NCBI RefSeq assembly: GCF_006345805.1 | Contig: NW_021833679.1 | Span: 1-56,292 of the forward strand | Reading direction: 5' to 3' | Source: Octopus sinensis | Taxonomy: Eukaryota | DNA: 56,292 nucleotides | Shown here: in pieces, positions 1 through 13,864 of the stretch | How the letters are laid out: every line of letters begins with the position of its first letter | How positions within the stretch are numbered: the first letter of the stretch is position 1 | Made by a program: the position numbers and the translations under genes | The notes under the pieces: generated by a model | What the model was told of the DNA's origin: nothing | The model's database searches: none | The model's input: only the letters and a program-made list of their open reading frames with translations

Positions 1-52
<52 letters not shown>

Positions 53-184
53 CATTGTTTATCTCTCTCCATATTTGATCTATCTAATCCCTCTATCCTC
101 TCTCTCTCTATATATCTATCTACTATCTATCTATCATCTATCTATCTATCTATTTATCTATCTATCCATCTATCTATCCATTGT

Positions 185-224
<40 letters not shown>

Positions 225-256
225 TTATCTATCTATCCATCTATCTATCCATTTGT

Positions 257-308
<52 letters not shown>

Positions 309-320
309 TCATCTCTCTAT
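1..320. repeat. (TCTA)n microsatellite
   Basis: Direct reading; accounts for the IYLS ORFs. Confidence 0.95.
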
Positions 321-328
321 CTTTACAG

Positions 329-567
329 CCTTGTTGTGTCCCTTGGCAAAAGTTTCTCTGGGCTCATCAGCAGTTTCAAAATATGGAATGGTATATCACC
401 CAATCCACTGCAAACCAAAAACTTGGTTGTGGGACCTCTAGGTACACTAGCCCAGGGATGGACTAATTTAATTCTTGGAAAAAGCATAAAAAAACTGTCT
501 CCCAGCTACTTCAATGAAACAATCTGTAATTATGGATTTTACGATGAGAGCTGTTCATCCAAACTAG
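329..567 (+). CDS. Exon 1 in window: C-terminal part of pentraxin/LamG-like domain
   Basis: tttacag acceptor, gtaag donor; [21 protein letters not shown]...QGWTNLILG...[14 protein letters not shown] resembles the pentraxin end motif (L.lG..F.G.is...iW); phase 2 to 1. Confidence 0.75.
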
Positions 568-3215
568 GTAAGTTTAAATATATATGTTATATTGGTGTGT
601 GCGTGTTTGTGTATTAGCTTCTATTTACTTCACCTTTTTATGCTAGCATGTGTTAGATGAGTCGTCCTTATGACCCTTGGGGGTCAACATAAGATATCAT
701 TGTTAAAATTTGTGTGCAATAAAATGGTTATACTTCTACAATACGCAATATATTTTAGCAAATTTTTGTAACAGTTAATGCAGGCGCGTGGCTTAGTGGT
801 TAGGGTGTCAGCTTCATGATCGTAGGATTGTGGTTTCGATTCCTGGACCGGGCGATGCGTTGTGTTCTTGAGCAAAACACTTCATTCACGTTGCTCTAGT
901 TCACTCAGCTGGCAAAAATGAGTAACACTGCGACGGACTGGCGTTCCGTCCAGCTGGGGAACACATATGCCATTGAAACCAGGAAACCGGGGCCACGAGC
1001 CTGGCTAGGCTTTAAAAGGGCGCATTAATTTTGTGGAGGCGCGTGGCTTAGTGGTTAGGGTGTCAGCATCATGATCGTAAGATTGTGGTTTCGATTCCTG
1101 GACTGGGAGACATGTGCTCTTGAGCAAAACACTTCATTCACGTTGCTCCAGTCCACTCAGCTGGCAAAAATGAGTAACGCTGCGATGGACTGGCGTCCCG
1201 TCCAGCTGGGGAACACATACACCATTGAAACCAGGAAACCGGGCCTATGAGCATGGCTAGGCTTTAAAGGGCACATTTATTATTATTTTATAACAGTTAC
1301 TTACAATATTGAATTCTACACAATGCTGGCAGAATTGTTAGCCAGCAGGTCAAAATGCCACTAAGCATTTCATCTGTCTTTATGGTCGGAGTTCAGATTC
1401 TGCTAGGGTCGACTTTGCTTTTCATCCTTTTAGGGTTGATAAAATGTGTACCATTTGAGCACTGGGATTGATGTAATCAACTTAACCCTTCCTCAAAATT
1501 GCTGATCTTGTGACAAAATTTGAAACCAATATTAAATTCATCATCATCATTTAACGTCCGCTTTCCATGCTAGCATGGGTTGGATGATCTGACTGAGGAC
1601 TGGTGAACCAGATGGCTGCATCAGGCTCCAATCTTGATCTGGCAGAGTTTCTACAGCTGGATGCCCTTCCTAACGCCAACCACTCCGAGAGTGTAGTGGG
1701 TGCTTTTACGTGCCACCTGTACGAGGGCTGGCAACAGCCACGTTCAAATGGTGTTTTTTACATGCCCCCTGCACAGGAGCCAGTCCAGCGGCACTGGCAA
1801 CGGCCTTGCTCGAATGTTTTTTCACGTACCTCCGTCACAAGTGCCAGGAAGGCGATGTTGGTAATGATCACGCTCAAATGGTGCCAGTTAGCTGCTCTAA
1901 CATCGATCATGCTTGGATGGTGCTCTTAGCGCTTCTCTAGCACAGATGCTAGTCATCGAATTATACAAATGTAGTAAGATATTTTTAAAGCATGAAATGG
2001 TTATGAGGCTCTACCTGAATAAAACAGGAATCAAAGAGGTCTTTTAGGTTAAAAATGAGGTTGATTTTACCTTTCATCCTTTTGGGGTCGATGAAATACA
2101 TGTAGTAAAGATTGTTTGCCAACATAATATGGCAGTCCTGGTTTAGGACTAATGTTGCTGTAATTTAGCCCCAGGAGACATCGTCTCCAGCTGGCTGTAC
2201 AACACAATCTGTGTCCTTATATTTTCGAACAAGGGAATCTAGCACCCCCACTCAGCTCAAAACAATATCTCTGTATCGTGATTTCTGGGTTATTTTCCTT
2301 CATCTGCCCAGAATGATTGTTCATCTAGAGGGTGGCGCTGCCAAATTCCCATTCGAAATATATAGTTTTCAAAGTGACATCGTCTAATGTTGAGACATCC
2401 TGGGGCTAAATTACAGCAACATTCGTCCTAAACCAGGACTGTCATGTTATGTTGGTAAATGATCTTTACTACAGAGTACTGTTGCTGAATATCTCACATT
2501 GTGAGATTTAGAAACAGCAATTTTCTAAAATAAGTACCAGTTGAGGACATAATAGACCACTTCCTCCAAACTTCCTGACATTGTGGCAAAATTTGAAATC
2601 AGTCTATTGTTTTACTTATTTATATTATTATTTTTATTGTTGTTATTGTTATTCTTTTCTGTTTTTCTTTTTGCTGAAGATAAAACCAAACCAAAGTTCA
2701 CAACCTGTTCTCAGAAGGACATCTTCTTTGTCAGCAAGGGCAGTTTGGCAGAAGGTATACCGCTACCCAAACCGACAGGTGTGGGAAAAATTACTTCGTC
2801 TCTTAACGAAGGTAAGAATCTAATTTCAGTGACCTATAAATCAATTATTGATGTCTCCTGCAAACATTGGTGCTTGTAAGAGAGGATGGGTAGTAGTAGT
2901 TGTGGTGCTGGAAGCTGCACTGGTATTGGTATTGATGGTGCAGGTAGTGTGATGATGATGATGATGATGATGGTAATGATGGTGGGGAGTGGTTGTTGCA
3001 GTGGTGTTGTGGTATTGGTGATGGTGGTGGTGGTGGTGGTGGCAGTGATGGTGGCCCCAGGACTTATTCTTTGTAAGCCCAGTACTTATTCTATTGGACT
3101 CTTTTGCCGAACTGTTAAGTGACGGGGACGTAAACACACCAGCATCGGTTGTCAAGCTATGCTAGGTTACGGGGACGTAGACACACAAACACAAACACAC
3201 ACACATATACATATA

Positions 3216-3271
<56 letters not shown>

Positions 3272-3877
3272 CATATATAGGACAGGGTTCTTTCAGTTTC
3301 CGTCTACCAAATCCACTCACAAGGCATTGATCGGCCCGGGCCTATAGCAGAAGACACTTGCCCAAGGTGCCATGCAGCGGGACTGAACCCGGAACCATGT
3401 GGTTGGTTAGCAAGCTACTTACCTCACAGCCACTCCTGCACCTGTCATGATAACTTTCTTTATAGGCCACACTGGGCTGAACACAGAGGGGACAAATACA
3501 AATGTAGAGCTTTTCTTTTCGAAAAAGAGAAAAAAAGGAGGAAAAATAAGAAAAAAAGTAAAATTCCGATAAAAAGGGATTGGGGGGAAAAAAAAATGAT
3601 CAAAAAGGATTGTGTATCACAGAAGAATTTTAAAAATGTAAAAAGTAAGATTAGGTTTATCCATGGAAAGAAAAGCCTATGGAAAAGACCACGGTAACTT
3701 ACATGTCATGATAACCTTTAGTAAACTATGACTTTCTCTTTCAGATGCTACATACACATGGGGTGTATATTCTGTAATCTACGTACTCAAAGACAATTTC
3801 GATAATTATGATACATGTCGCTCAAAACTGTATGTCCAATGTGAGTTACCTACCTTTGCTATTCTTTTTTGTTGTTG

Positions 3878-3939
<62 letters not shown>

Positions 3940-3981
3940 CCTATCTATTATCTATATCTATCTACTAACTATCATCTACCT

Positions 3982-4031
<50 letters not shown>

Positions 4032-4303
4032 CTCTCTATCTATCTATCATTTCTGTCTGATAACGATCCCTATTGATCAATTTTTTTTTTTTTTTTTCTC
4101 TCCCCTATTTTATCTAACCCCCTTTTTATGTCTCTTCTCTCCTTTCTATCTTTTATCTAACTTCCCCCTTCCTTTTTTTTTTTTTTTTAAACATCAAAAG
4201 AAAAGCTCTACCTTGTAATTCTTTCTATTTCTATCTACCTGTGTGGCTAACAAAAACTATCATCTATCTATACTGTCTATCTATCTATCTACCTATCTAC
4301 CTG

Positions 4304-4363
<60 letters not shown>

Positions 4364-4643
4364 CCTATCTATCTATCTATTCTATTGTGTAACGATCCCT
4401 ATTGATCAATTTTTTTTTTTTTTTTTTTCTCTCTCCCCTTTTTTTTTTAACCCCCCTTTTTTTGTCCTCTTTCTCTCCTTTTACGATCCCTTTTGATCGA
4501 AAACTCCCCCTTCCTTTTTTTTTTTTTTAAACCTTCAAAAGCAAAAGCTCTCTTGTAATTTGTTCTATTTGTGTGCAGCCTGTGTGATACAAAGAAACAA
4601 TCTATCTATCTACCTGTCTATCTATCTATCTACCTATCTATCT

Positions 4644-4684
<41 letters not shown>

Positions 4685-7600
4685 TATCTTTCTATCTTTT
4701 CATCCTTTTGGGGTTGATAAAATAAGTACCAGTTGAACATTACCTCTTCCTCCAAAATTGCTGGCCTTGTGCCAAAATATTTGAAACCAATTTATATCAG
4801 ATTTATCATTTAATGAATTATCTAAAATTCATAGTAATTATCATCATTATACAATATGTATGCACAGACATGCACGCACATGCACACCACACACACACCA
4901 CACACACACACACACACACATCATTCATGTCTTTATTGCCCACAAGGGGCTAAACATAGAGGCGACAAACAAGGACAGAGAATGGGATTAAGTCAATAAC
5001 ATCGATCCCGAAATACCTAGACCCCGAAATGATGAAAGGCATAGTTGACCTCGGTGGAATTTGTACTCAGAACGTAGCGGTAGACGAAATACCTATTTCT
5101 TTATTACCCACAAGGGGATATACACAGAGGGGACAAACAAGGACAGACAAATGGATTAAATCGATTATATCGACCCCAGTGCATAACTGGTACTGATTTA
5201 ATCGATCCCGAAATGATGAAAGGCAAAGTCGACCTCTGTGGAATTTGAACTCAGAACGTAACGGCAGACAAAATACCGCTAAGCATTTCGCCTGGCGTGC
5301 TATCGTTTCTGCCAGCCCCCCCCCACACACCATTTAGCTCGCAGGGGGCTAAACATAGAAGGGACAAACAAGAACAGACAAAGGGATTAAGTCAATTACA
5401 ATGGCCCCAGTGTATAACTGGTACTTATTTAATCGACCCCAAAAGAATGAAAAGCAAAGCCGACCTTGGTGAAATTTGAACTCAGAACGTAACGGCAGAT
5501 GAAATACCGCTAAGCATTTCGCCCGGCATGCTATCTTTTCTGCCAGCTCACACACACCACACACACACCAGTTTTATCTTACCTTTTCCTGAATTTCTGA
5601 CCTTGATGTTTCTAATTTCTGCTAATTTCAGATGGAATCTGTGAATATCAACCGAGTTTGGACTGTTCCAATACGACACAAAGTTGTTATCCCCCTTGCA
5701 ATTCAAGCCTTTCATTTCCTCAAGACAACATGGTCTGTGGTAAACTTGGTACCTATGACTGGAGGAACCCATTTGTGAAACAAAAATTCCCATCTTGTGG
5801 ACGTAAGTAATGCTTCTACTTCTTTTTGTCTATATTCTCATCATTTTTTATCAGCATCCAACTCTTCTTTCACTCCTCCCCTTCAAGCTCTTTTACTCTT
5901 TACTCTTTTACTTGTATCAGTCATTTGACTGCGGCCATGCTGGAGCACCGCCTTTAGTCGAGCAAATCGACCCCCGGGACTTATTCTTTTGTAAGCCCAG
6001 CACTTATTCTATCGGTCTCTTTTGCCAAACCGCTAAATAACGGGGACATAAAAACACCAGCATCGGTTGTCAAGCAATGCAAGGGGCACAAACACAGACA
6101 CACAAACACACACATACATATATATATATATATACATATATACGACGGGCTTCTTTCAGTTTCCGTCTACCAAATCCACTCACAAGGCTTTGGTCGGCCT
6201 GAGGCTATAGTAGAAGACACTTGCCCAAGGTGCCACGCAGTGGGACTGAACCCAGGACCATGTGGTTGGTAAACAAGCTACTTACCACACAGCCACTCCT
6301 GTGCCTATTCACATTCTTTCTCTCTTTCCTTGTGTTTTTCCTCTCCCATCTCCCACTATGTCAAAATACGCATGCGTTTATAAACAGTATTTTTTGTTTC
6401 TTTTCCAGCAAGAACCGAGGGATTGGTAAACCTCACCGTCAATTTCCAAAATGTGTCTGATTCAAGTTGCGATAGCAGTTTCGAAGCAGAGTTAAAAACA
6501 CTTATTATAAAGGTGACAAAGAATGCTGATAAAGTATGGCCTGGACTTTGTGTAGATCAGAGTTGTTCAAATATAAATGCTGTTGTTGATTGTCAAAATG
6601 ATGGCAAAACAGCAAATATTGTCATGACAGTGAAGAATGTTAAGTAAGTCAACTATTAATATTATATTTTTTGTTATTATTGGGTTGTCCGGAAAGTTCG
6701 TGCCGATTTTTAAAGGAAAGGAAAAGGTCAATAAATACTTGCCATTACATTTTTTAATCAACCAAATATGAACCATTTTGTTGCACAATGCGTCTCCATC
6801 TTTCCTTTAACTTGAAAATACCCTCTTCCCAGAATTGAGGTGGTTTAATGGCAAAGATTTCATCAAGGTATCTTTTTACGTCATTCAAGGAATTGAATTT
6901 TTTACCATTAAGACTATTCTGGAGAGACCTGAATAAGTGGAAATCCGAAGGAGCAATATCTGGTGAATATGGAGGGTGGGGTAAAACATGCCAGCCGAGC
7001 TGCAGCAATTTTTGTCTGGTTCCCAAAGCATCAAAGTGCCGAAAATGAATTTTCTTATCTTCCATTTTAAAGGGTTACAGAATTAACACAGGTAATAAGG
7101 AACATAACCCTTCTTGCACGAAAATATAGCTTAAACTGTGCTCTAAATGGAGATATAGTCAAATCCTATGTTATGGACTCAACCATGTTCTAAAATAAGT
7201 CGAAAGGTAAACTACTATAAATCGGCCCTAACTTTCCGGACAACCCAATATTTAGAACCCAATATTTAGGTATTGAGCTGGCAGAGCTGTTACCATGTTG
7301 GGAAAAATGCTTTACATTCAGAGTTCAAATTTTGTCAAGGTCAACTTTGCCTTTCATTCTTTCAAGATTGATAAAATATGTACCATTTGGGCATTGGAGT
7401 CTCAGTAATTGACTTCCTGCTCCACTCAAAAACTGCTGACCCATATTATCATCATTATTTGTTGTGGCACATAAAAAGCACCATTCAAATGTTGGGCCTC
7501 ATGGGGACAGTGACAGGTGACCAAGACCACTGGTTTTATACTGTGCTTGTGTAACTTGTCAAGCCAAGTGAGACTGTAGCCATGGCTGACGCTGGTGTCA

Positions 7601-7862
7601 GGTCAATGGCACCCGTGCAAGTGGCATGTGGAAAACACCCACAACATTCTCAGAGTGGTTGGCATTAAGAAGGGCATCCAGCCGTAAGAAACCTTGCCAA
7701 ACCAGATCGGAATCTGGTGCAGGTCCCTGGCTTACTAGTTTCCAGTCAAATCATCCGTTAAGTTATGGGGACGTAAACACACCAGCATCAGTTGTCAAGC
7801 GATGTTGGGGGGAAAACACAGACACCAAACATATACACAAACATACATTCATGCATATATAT

Positions 7863-7914
<52 letters not shown>

Positions 7915-7966
7915 TATACATTATATATATACATACATATACATATATATATATATATATAGATAT

Positions 7967-8001
<35 letters not shown>

Positions 8002-8938
8002 TAAAATAATTATTAAATTAAATATTTATAAATTAAGCTTGGTCTGCAGTCTACAGACCTCTATTCAGTCTAGGTAGGACTACAAAAAAATACATGGGAG
8101 TTGTCCTTTGTCTCATGAATATTTAACCAATACAAAAGAAAAAAAAAGCCACAAGTCATATGATCCACAAATATATGATATTTTCACTTATTACTTTATT
8201 TTCCCAGGGCCAAACTGAAGGATGCTACTACTGGCACAGTAGAGGACACGGAACAAATCCTAAAATTCATGCTAAGAAAAATAGCAGTAGATAAAAAGGT
8301 ATGCATGTATTTCTATTGGAAATCTTCTTTATATATAAAAATGTAGTTGTGTGTCTGTCTCCACCGATTTAGATTCCTAACTACTCCCACAATTTCCGGT
8401 GCAGTTTAACCAAAAGCGAGTATCTTATAGTCATGATTCATATCGAGCCCTTCTGGGTATTAGCATGCGTCTACAATGAGTCTACGATTTAAAAAAAAAA
8501 TACCATAATTTTTCCGCAATTTTAATGCATTTTCGCTCGGTTTATATAAGGGAAGTAACTCTCTAAAAATGTATTATTAAATCTCAGAACGTAAAAAGCT
8601 ACAGTAACAACCCCCTCCCCTTTGTGGTTAGCCATATTGAGATGGCTATTATACTTTACATCTCTAAAAATGCTTATATAGTTATTTCCCTTACAAACCC
8701 GAGCAACGCCGGGCGATACTGCTAGTTTGAATATATGAGCATTTGCATGCTGTTTTCTCCTCCTTTCTGTATATATAAGCATCTGACCTCTTTTCCCTTT
8801 TTTTTTACAAGGTCACAGTTGACACCGAGAAGGACTATTGTAAGATGGGCTCTGAACGTGTTGGAGATTTGTGTAGTAAGTATTTCACTTCCTCTCTCTT
8901 TATTTTTCTCTCTCTTTATATACAGTGTGTATGTGTGT

Positions 8939-8980
<42 letters not shown>

Positions 8981-9124
8981 ACATGTATATATATATATAT
9001 CCTACCATACATTTCATTTCAAAAAGAAACCAAATAGGCTTATTTCACACACATACTACATACACACATACATACATATATATTCATACACACACTCACA
9101 CATACACACACACACACATGTCTC

Positions 9125-9184
<60 letters not shown>

Positions 9185-9565
9185 GGGAGAGTTTACGAAA
9201 AAAAACAAAAAACGAAGACAGGTGGTGTACAAAACAAACAGATGTATTAGTATAACGCTCAGGAATAGAAAAAGTCTTTTACGTTTCGAGCCTACGCTCT
9301 TCTACAGAAAGGGACACAGAAAAAAAAAGGAGAGAAAAAAATGTGTGTAGTGGCTAACGATGAATCATGGCGACTAGTGCCGGACAGAAGGGTCACAGTG
9401 TAATATATATATATATTATATATGTTACACTGTACTAAGGTGTAGTGATAATAAAAACCAGTTGTTAGGATTCGTTAGAATTTACAATATTACTGATCAA
9501 ATGGTTTACAATGTGTGTGTGTGTGTGTTTGTGTGTGTTAGTGTGTGAGCATGTGTGTGTGTGTG

Positions 9566-9596
<31 letters not shown>

Positions 9597-11575
9597 TGTG
9601 TGTGTGAGTGTGTGTGTCTTCATAGTTAGAAAGACAACAGAGTACATGTAGAAAAAACAATACTGGAGAGTCAGTTCCTAATTTATTAACTTGGCTCACA
9701 CATGGCCATATTTTACAACCCAAGGCAGGTAATGTTTCTAGTTCTTTGGCCCAGATTGCATAATTTGGACATAATTTGGACATAATTTGGACAAACCTTC
9801 ATTGAAACACATGTAAGATGGTGTAATTATTTATTATCTGTCATTAAACTTCTTCCTCTCTTCTGTTTATCCCTTAAGCAAGTTTCTCATATTCAACTAA
9901 TACTCATATTCTTTCGTCTGTATTTTGAATTTAATTTAATCTAATTTAATTATTACAATATTTAGATGTAGTAAGAGAAATGTGTACAGCATAAACAAGT
10001 TTATCATATATTTTTAGAAGTGTTTGAATAATTTTCAACACTCTCTTTACATGTATATCTTTATATATAAAAGTGAGGTTGTGTGCTGTCTGTCCCCTAC
10101 GATTTAGATTCCTAACTACTCCCACATTTTGCGGTGCAGTTTAACCAAAACCGGGTATCTTATAGTCGTGATTCATATCGAGCCCTTCTGGGTATTAGCG
10201 CGCATCTACGATGTGTATACGATATGTCTACGATGTGTCTACGATTTAAAAAAAAAATTACCATCAATTTTTCCCATTTTTAATGCATTTTTGGCATATA
10301 TAAGGGAAGTAACTCTCTAAAAATTTATTATTAAATCTCAGAACGTAAAAAACTACAGTAACACCCCCCCTTTTTTGGTTAGCCATATTGAGATGGCTAT
10401 TATATTTTACATCTCTAAAAATGCTTATATAGTTATTTCCCTTACAAACCCGAGCAACGCCGGGCGATACTGCTAGTATTAAATAAATTTTGCTTCATAT
10501 TTTTTTGTTTTAAATAGTTGCCTGCACTCCTGGTATGTTCTATCACACAAGAACCGAAGCTTGTCACTTGTGTTCATTGGGCTTCTATCAAGATCAAAGT
10601 GAACAGACTTCATGTAAAAGTTGCCCCGGTGGTTACACAACAATGGCTAAAGGATCTCAGTCACTAAATGATTGTTCAGGTAAGTTTCAAACTCAACAAT
10701 ATCTTGATCTAATAGAAAAGAATTTTTTTTTAAAGGTAAAAGAAATAGTGTCATTTATCTTTTGTTTTATGCTTGTTTCAGTCACTGGACTGTGGCCATG
10801 CTGGGGCATCACCTTCAAAGGTTTGAGTGATCAAGTCGACCCCAGTACTTACTTTAAATCAATTATTTATTCTATAAGTGTCTTTTGCCAAGCTGCTAAG
10901 TCATAGAGATATAAACAAACCAACACCTGTTTTCAAGAGGTGGGAGAATAAACACATACACATACATGTATACATACATGTACAGATACACATATACAGG
11001 CTTCTTTCAGTTTCCATCTATCAAATTCACTCATGAAGCAATGAGTGGCTCAGGACTGGCCATAGTTTTGTGAGTGAATTTGATAGCAACATACTGTAGG
11101 TGCTGTGCAGTCTCACTGTACAGCACTAAGGACAAACAATGCAACTGGCACACACCCATGCCTGCAAATGATGATAGCACTCTCTCTCTCTCCTCTCTCT
11201 CTTTCTCTCTCTCTTTCTACTGTGCCCACACATTTACTATGACCTTTTTCACAGTGCAGCAAAATTTTTTACACCACAGGAATCTATCATTGACACTTTA
11301 GTATTCTAGAAGATAATAAAATGGATAGATAGATAGATAGATACTCTTTTGCTCTTTTACTTGTTTCAGTCATTTGGCTGTGGCCATGCTGGAGCACCAC
11401 CTTTAGTCGAGCAAATCGACCCCAGGACTTATTCTTTGTAAGCCTAGTCCTTATTCTATCAGTCTCTTTTGCTGAACCGCTAAGTTATGGGGACGTAAAC
11501 ACACCAGCATCGGTTGTCAAGCGATGTTTGGGGGACAAACACAGACACACAAATACACACACACACACACACACA

Positions 11576-11630
<55 letters not shown>

Positions 11631-11845
11631 AAATGAGAAAATGGAGAAATATATTTAAATCAATCATCAACTACCAGATAATACCGAATCATATACTTTA
11701 TTAAAACACTACACAATAGCAATGAGATTAGACATTAATACAGTACAATAATTACAAACAATATGGTGAGATATAACTAAATAAATATAACAAGATCTAA
11801 AAATACATTTACAGGAGGGTTGAATTTACAACCCCTATCTCATTT

Positions 11846-11918
<73 letters not shown>

Positions 11919-13831
11919 ATGCATATATACGACAGGCTTCTTTCAGTTTCTGTCTCCCAAATCCACTCACAAGGCTTTGGTCAGCCTGAGGCTATAGTAG
12001 AAGACACTCGCCCAAGGTGCCACACCACGCAATGGGACTGAACCCGGAACCATGTGGTTAGTAAGCAAGCTACTTACCACACAGCCACATGAAAAAGTAT
12101 TGCCCTAAGATGTGTGTATTTAATCACTCGGTAAATAGTGAAAGTGGAAGTGAAATTCAAACAAATGCTATTGGCATATTCACACATATACATACACATC
12201 CTCAAATATACACAAACCCTCCAATTATCTTGGGCACACATACATGCACAGCTAACTTGTCTATGTACAATAGCATCTGTATGTATGTGACTGTGCATAT
12301 TTGTGTACATGCCAGTATTGTTCACTTGCACCTCTCTCTCTCTCTCCCTAACTCTCCCTCTCACTCTTTCTATCACACACATACTTTTACTCTCACCTTT
12401 TTATATGATGTCAAATTTTTTACACCACAGGAATCTATCACTAGCACTTTGATACTATAGATTATTAAGTATCAAAGTCTTTCAGTGTACATGTACAACC
12501 TATTCATTGCTATTCTATCCCAGTGTATTTATACATTCTCTGTTCTATTTGCAGTGCTGTCGTGTCCAGTGGGTAGCTCTTACAACAGTTCCACTCAGAA
12601 TTGTATGGAATGCCCGAAAGGGTTCTATCAAAACAAAGTTGGTCAGACTTATTGTGTACCTTGCCCATTGGGACAGGACACTCCAGATGTTGGGGCCATT
12701 TCAGAGAGCAATTGCAACAGTAAGTAGTGTTCTCTCCACCTTTGTCATCATCATCATCATCATCATCCCTCTATTCATTGTACAGTTAAATGCTTTCTGT
12801 CATCACTTGTGAATTCGTGTATGCGCATTTGTGTTGGGTTTGTGATGAATCTATCACACACACATGCACATACACCTACACACATACACACACACACAAA
12901 CACAAAAATCTGGTGTGAAACCCAGCCTTACCAGCTCTGGTCAAACTGTCCAACCCATGCCAGTATGGACAGCAGACAATAAATGATGACGATGATGAGG
13001 AGGAGGAGGATGATGTACATAGCATCTCATTTATAATTCATCTTGTATGTTGTGTACAATATAAAAATAAATGCTGCACCATTTTTTTCTTGTTATTGTT
13101 TCCTTCTACAATTAAATATTCAGCTCTTAACACCTGTTCCTCTTATTGTTGTCATTGTTATTGCAGAAGCCGTATGTCAATCTGGGAGTCAAAGGATCAA
13201 TGGAAAATGTGAGTTATGTCCGCTGGGTTTCTTTAGAAGATGGTATATCGATGACAAGTGTATACCTTGCCCTAGGGGAACCACAACAAATGTTGTCGGA
13301 GGCAAGAAACTATCCGACTGTACTATACGTAAGTGAACTTTTCCAATAACCTTGTTTTATAAGCCTTAGAATTACAGTAGCATTTCAGACTCTCTCATCA
13401 TTGATGTATAATTGTCATCATCCATCCATTTTTGCTGCAATCTATTCATGGGAGGCTTCTCCTCCATTTGGTCTTATCAGAAGTAACCATTACTAAACTG
13501 TCCTGTGGAATTCCCATGAGTGACCAAATAAGATTATGAGTATTATCCAACCATTGTGTTCCTATATAAGTTTCTGTTGATTCACCACAATCAACAACAT
13601 ACAAGACTCAGTTCTATATTTAAATATACATACATGCATACATGTACATATATATGTATATACAAATGCATATATGGGTACAGGACGTAAAAAAAACGTA
13701 AACAACAGGAAATACGATAACATGGTAAACAAACTTTTTTTGCGAATAGCGAAAAAAACAAATAGAAAAACAAGACAGGCAACATAAAGAACAATCCCTT
13801 CATCAGTTGTCCCCTATTTTATCGACCCCGC

Positions 13832-13864
<33 letters not shown>

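Noticed and set aside
783-860. tRNA-like sequences (A/B boxes) here and at 38678, 40139, 41266, 48621
   Set aside because: They are heads of multi-copy SINEs that run straight into SINE bodies, with no complete cloverleaf or acceptor stem.
13780-13830. CTGATGA on the minus strand in another (TA)n-associated repeat (13676-13830)
   Set aside because: No stem II followed by GAAA and no cleavage-site/stem I pairing; not a complete hammerhead in this copy.
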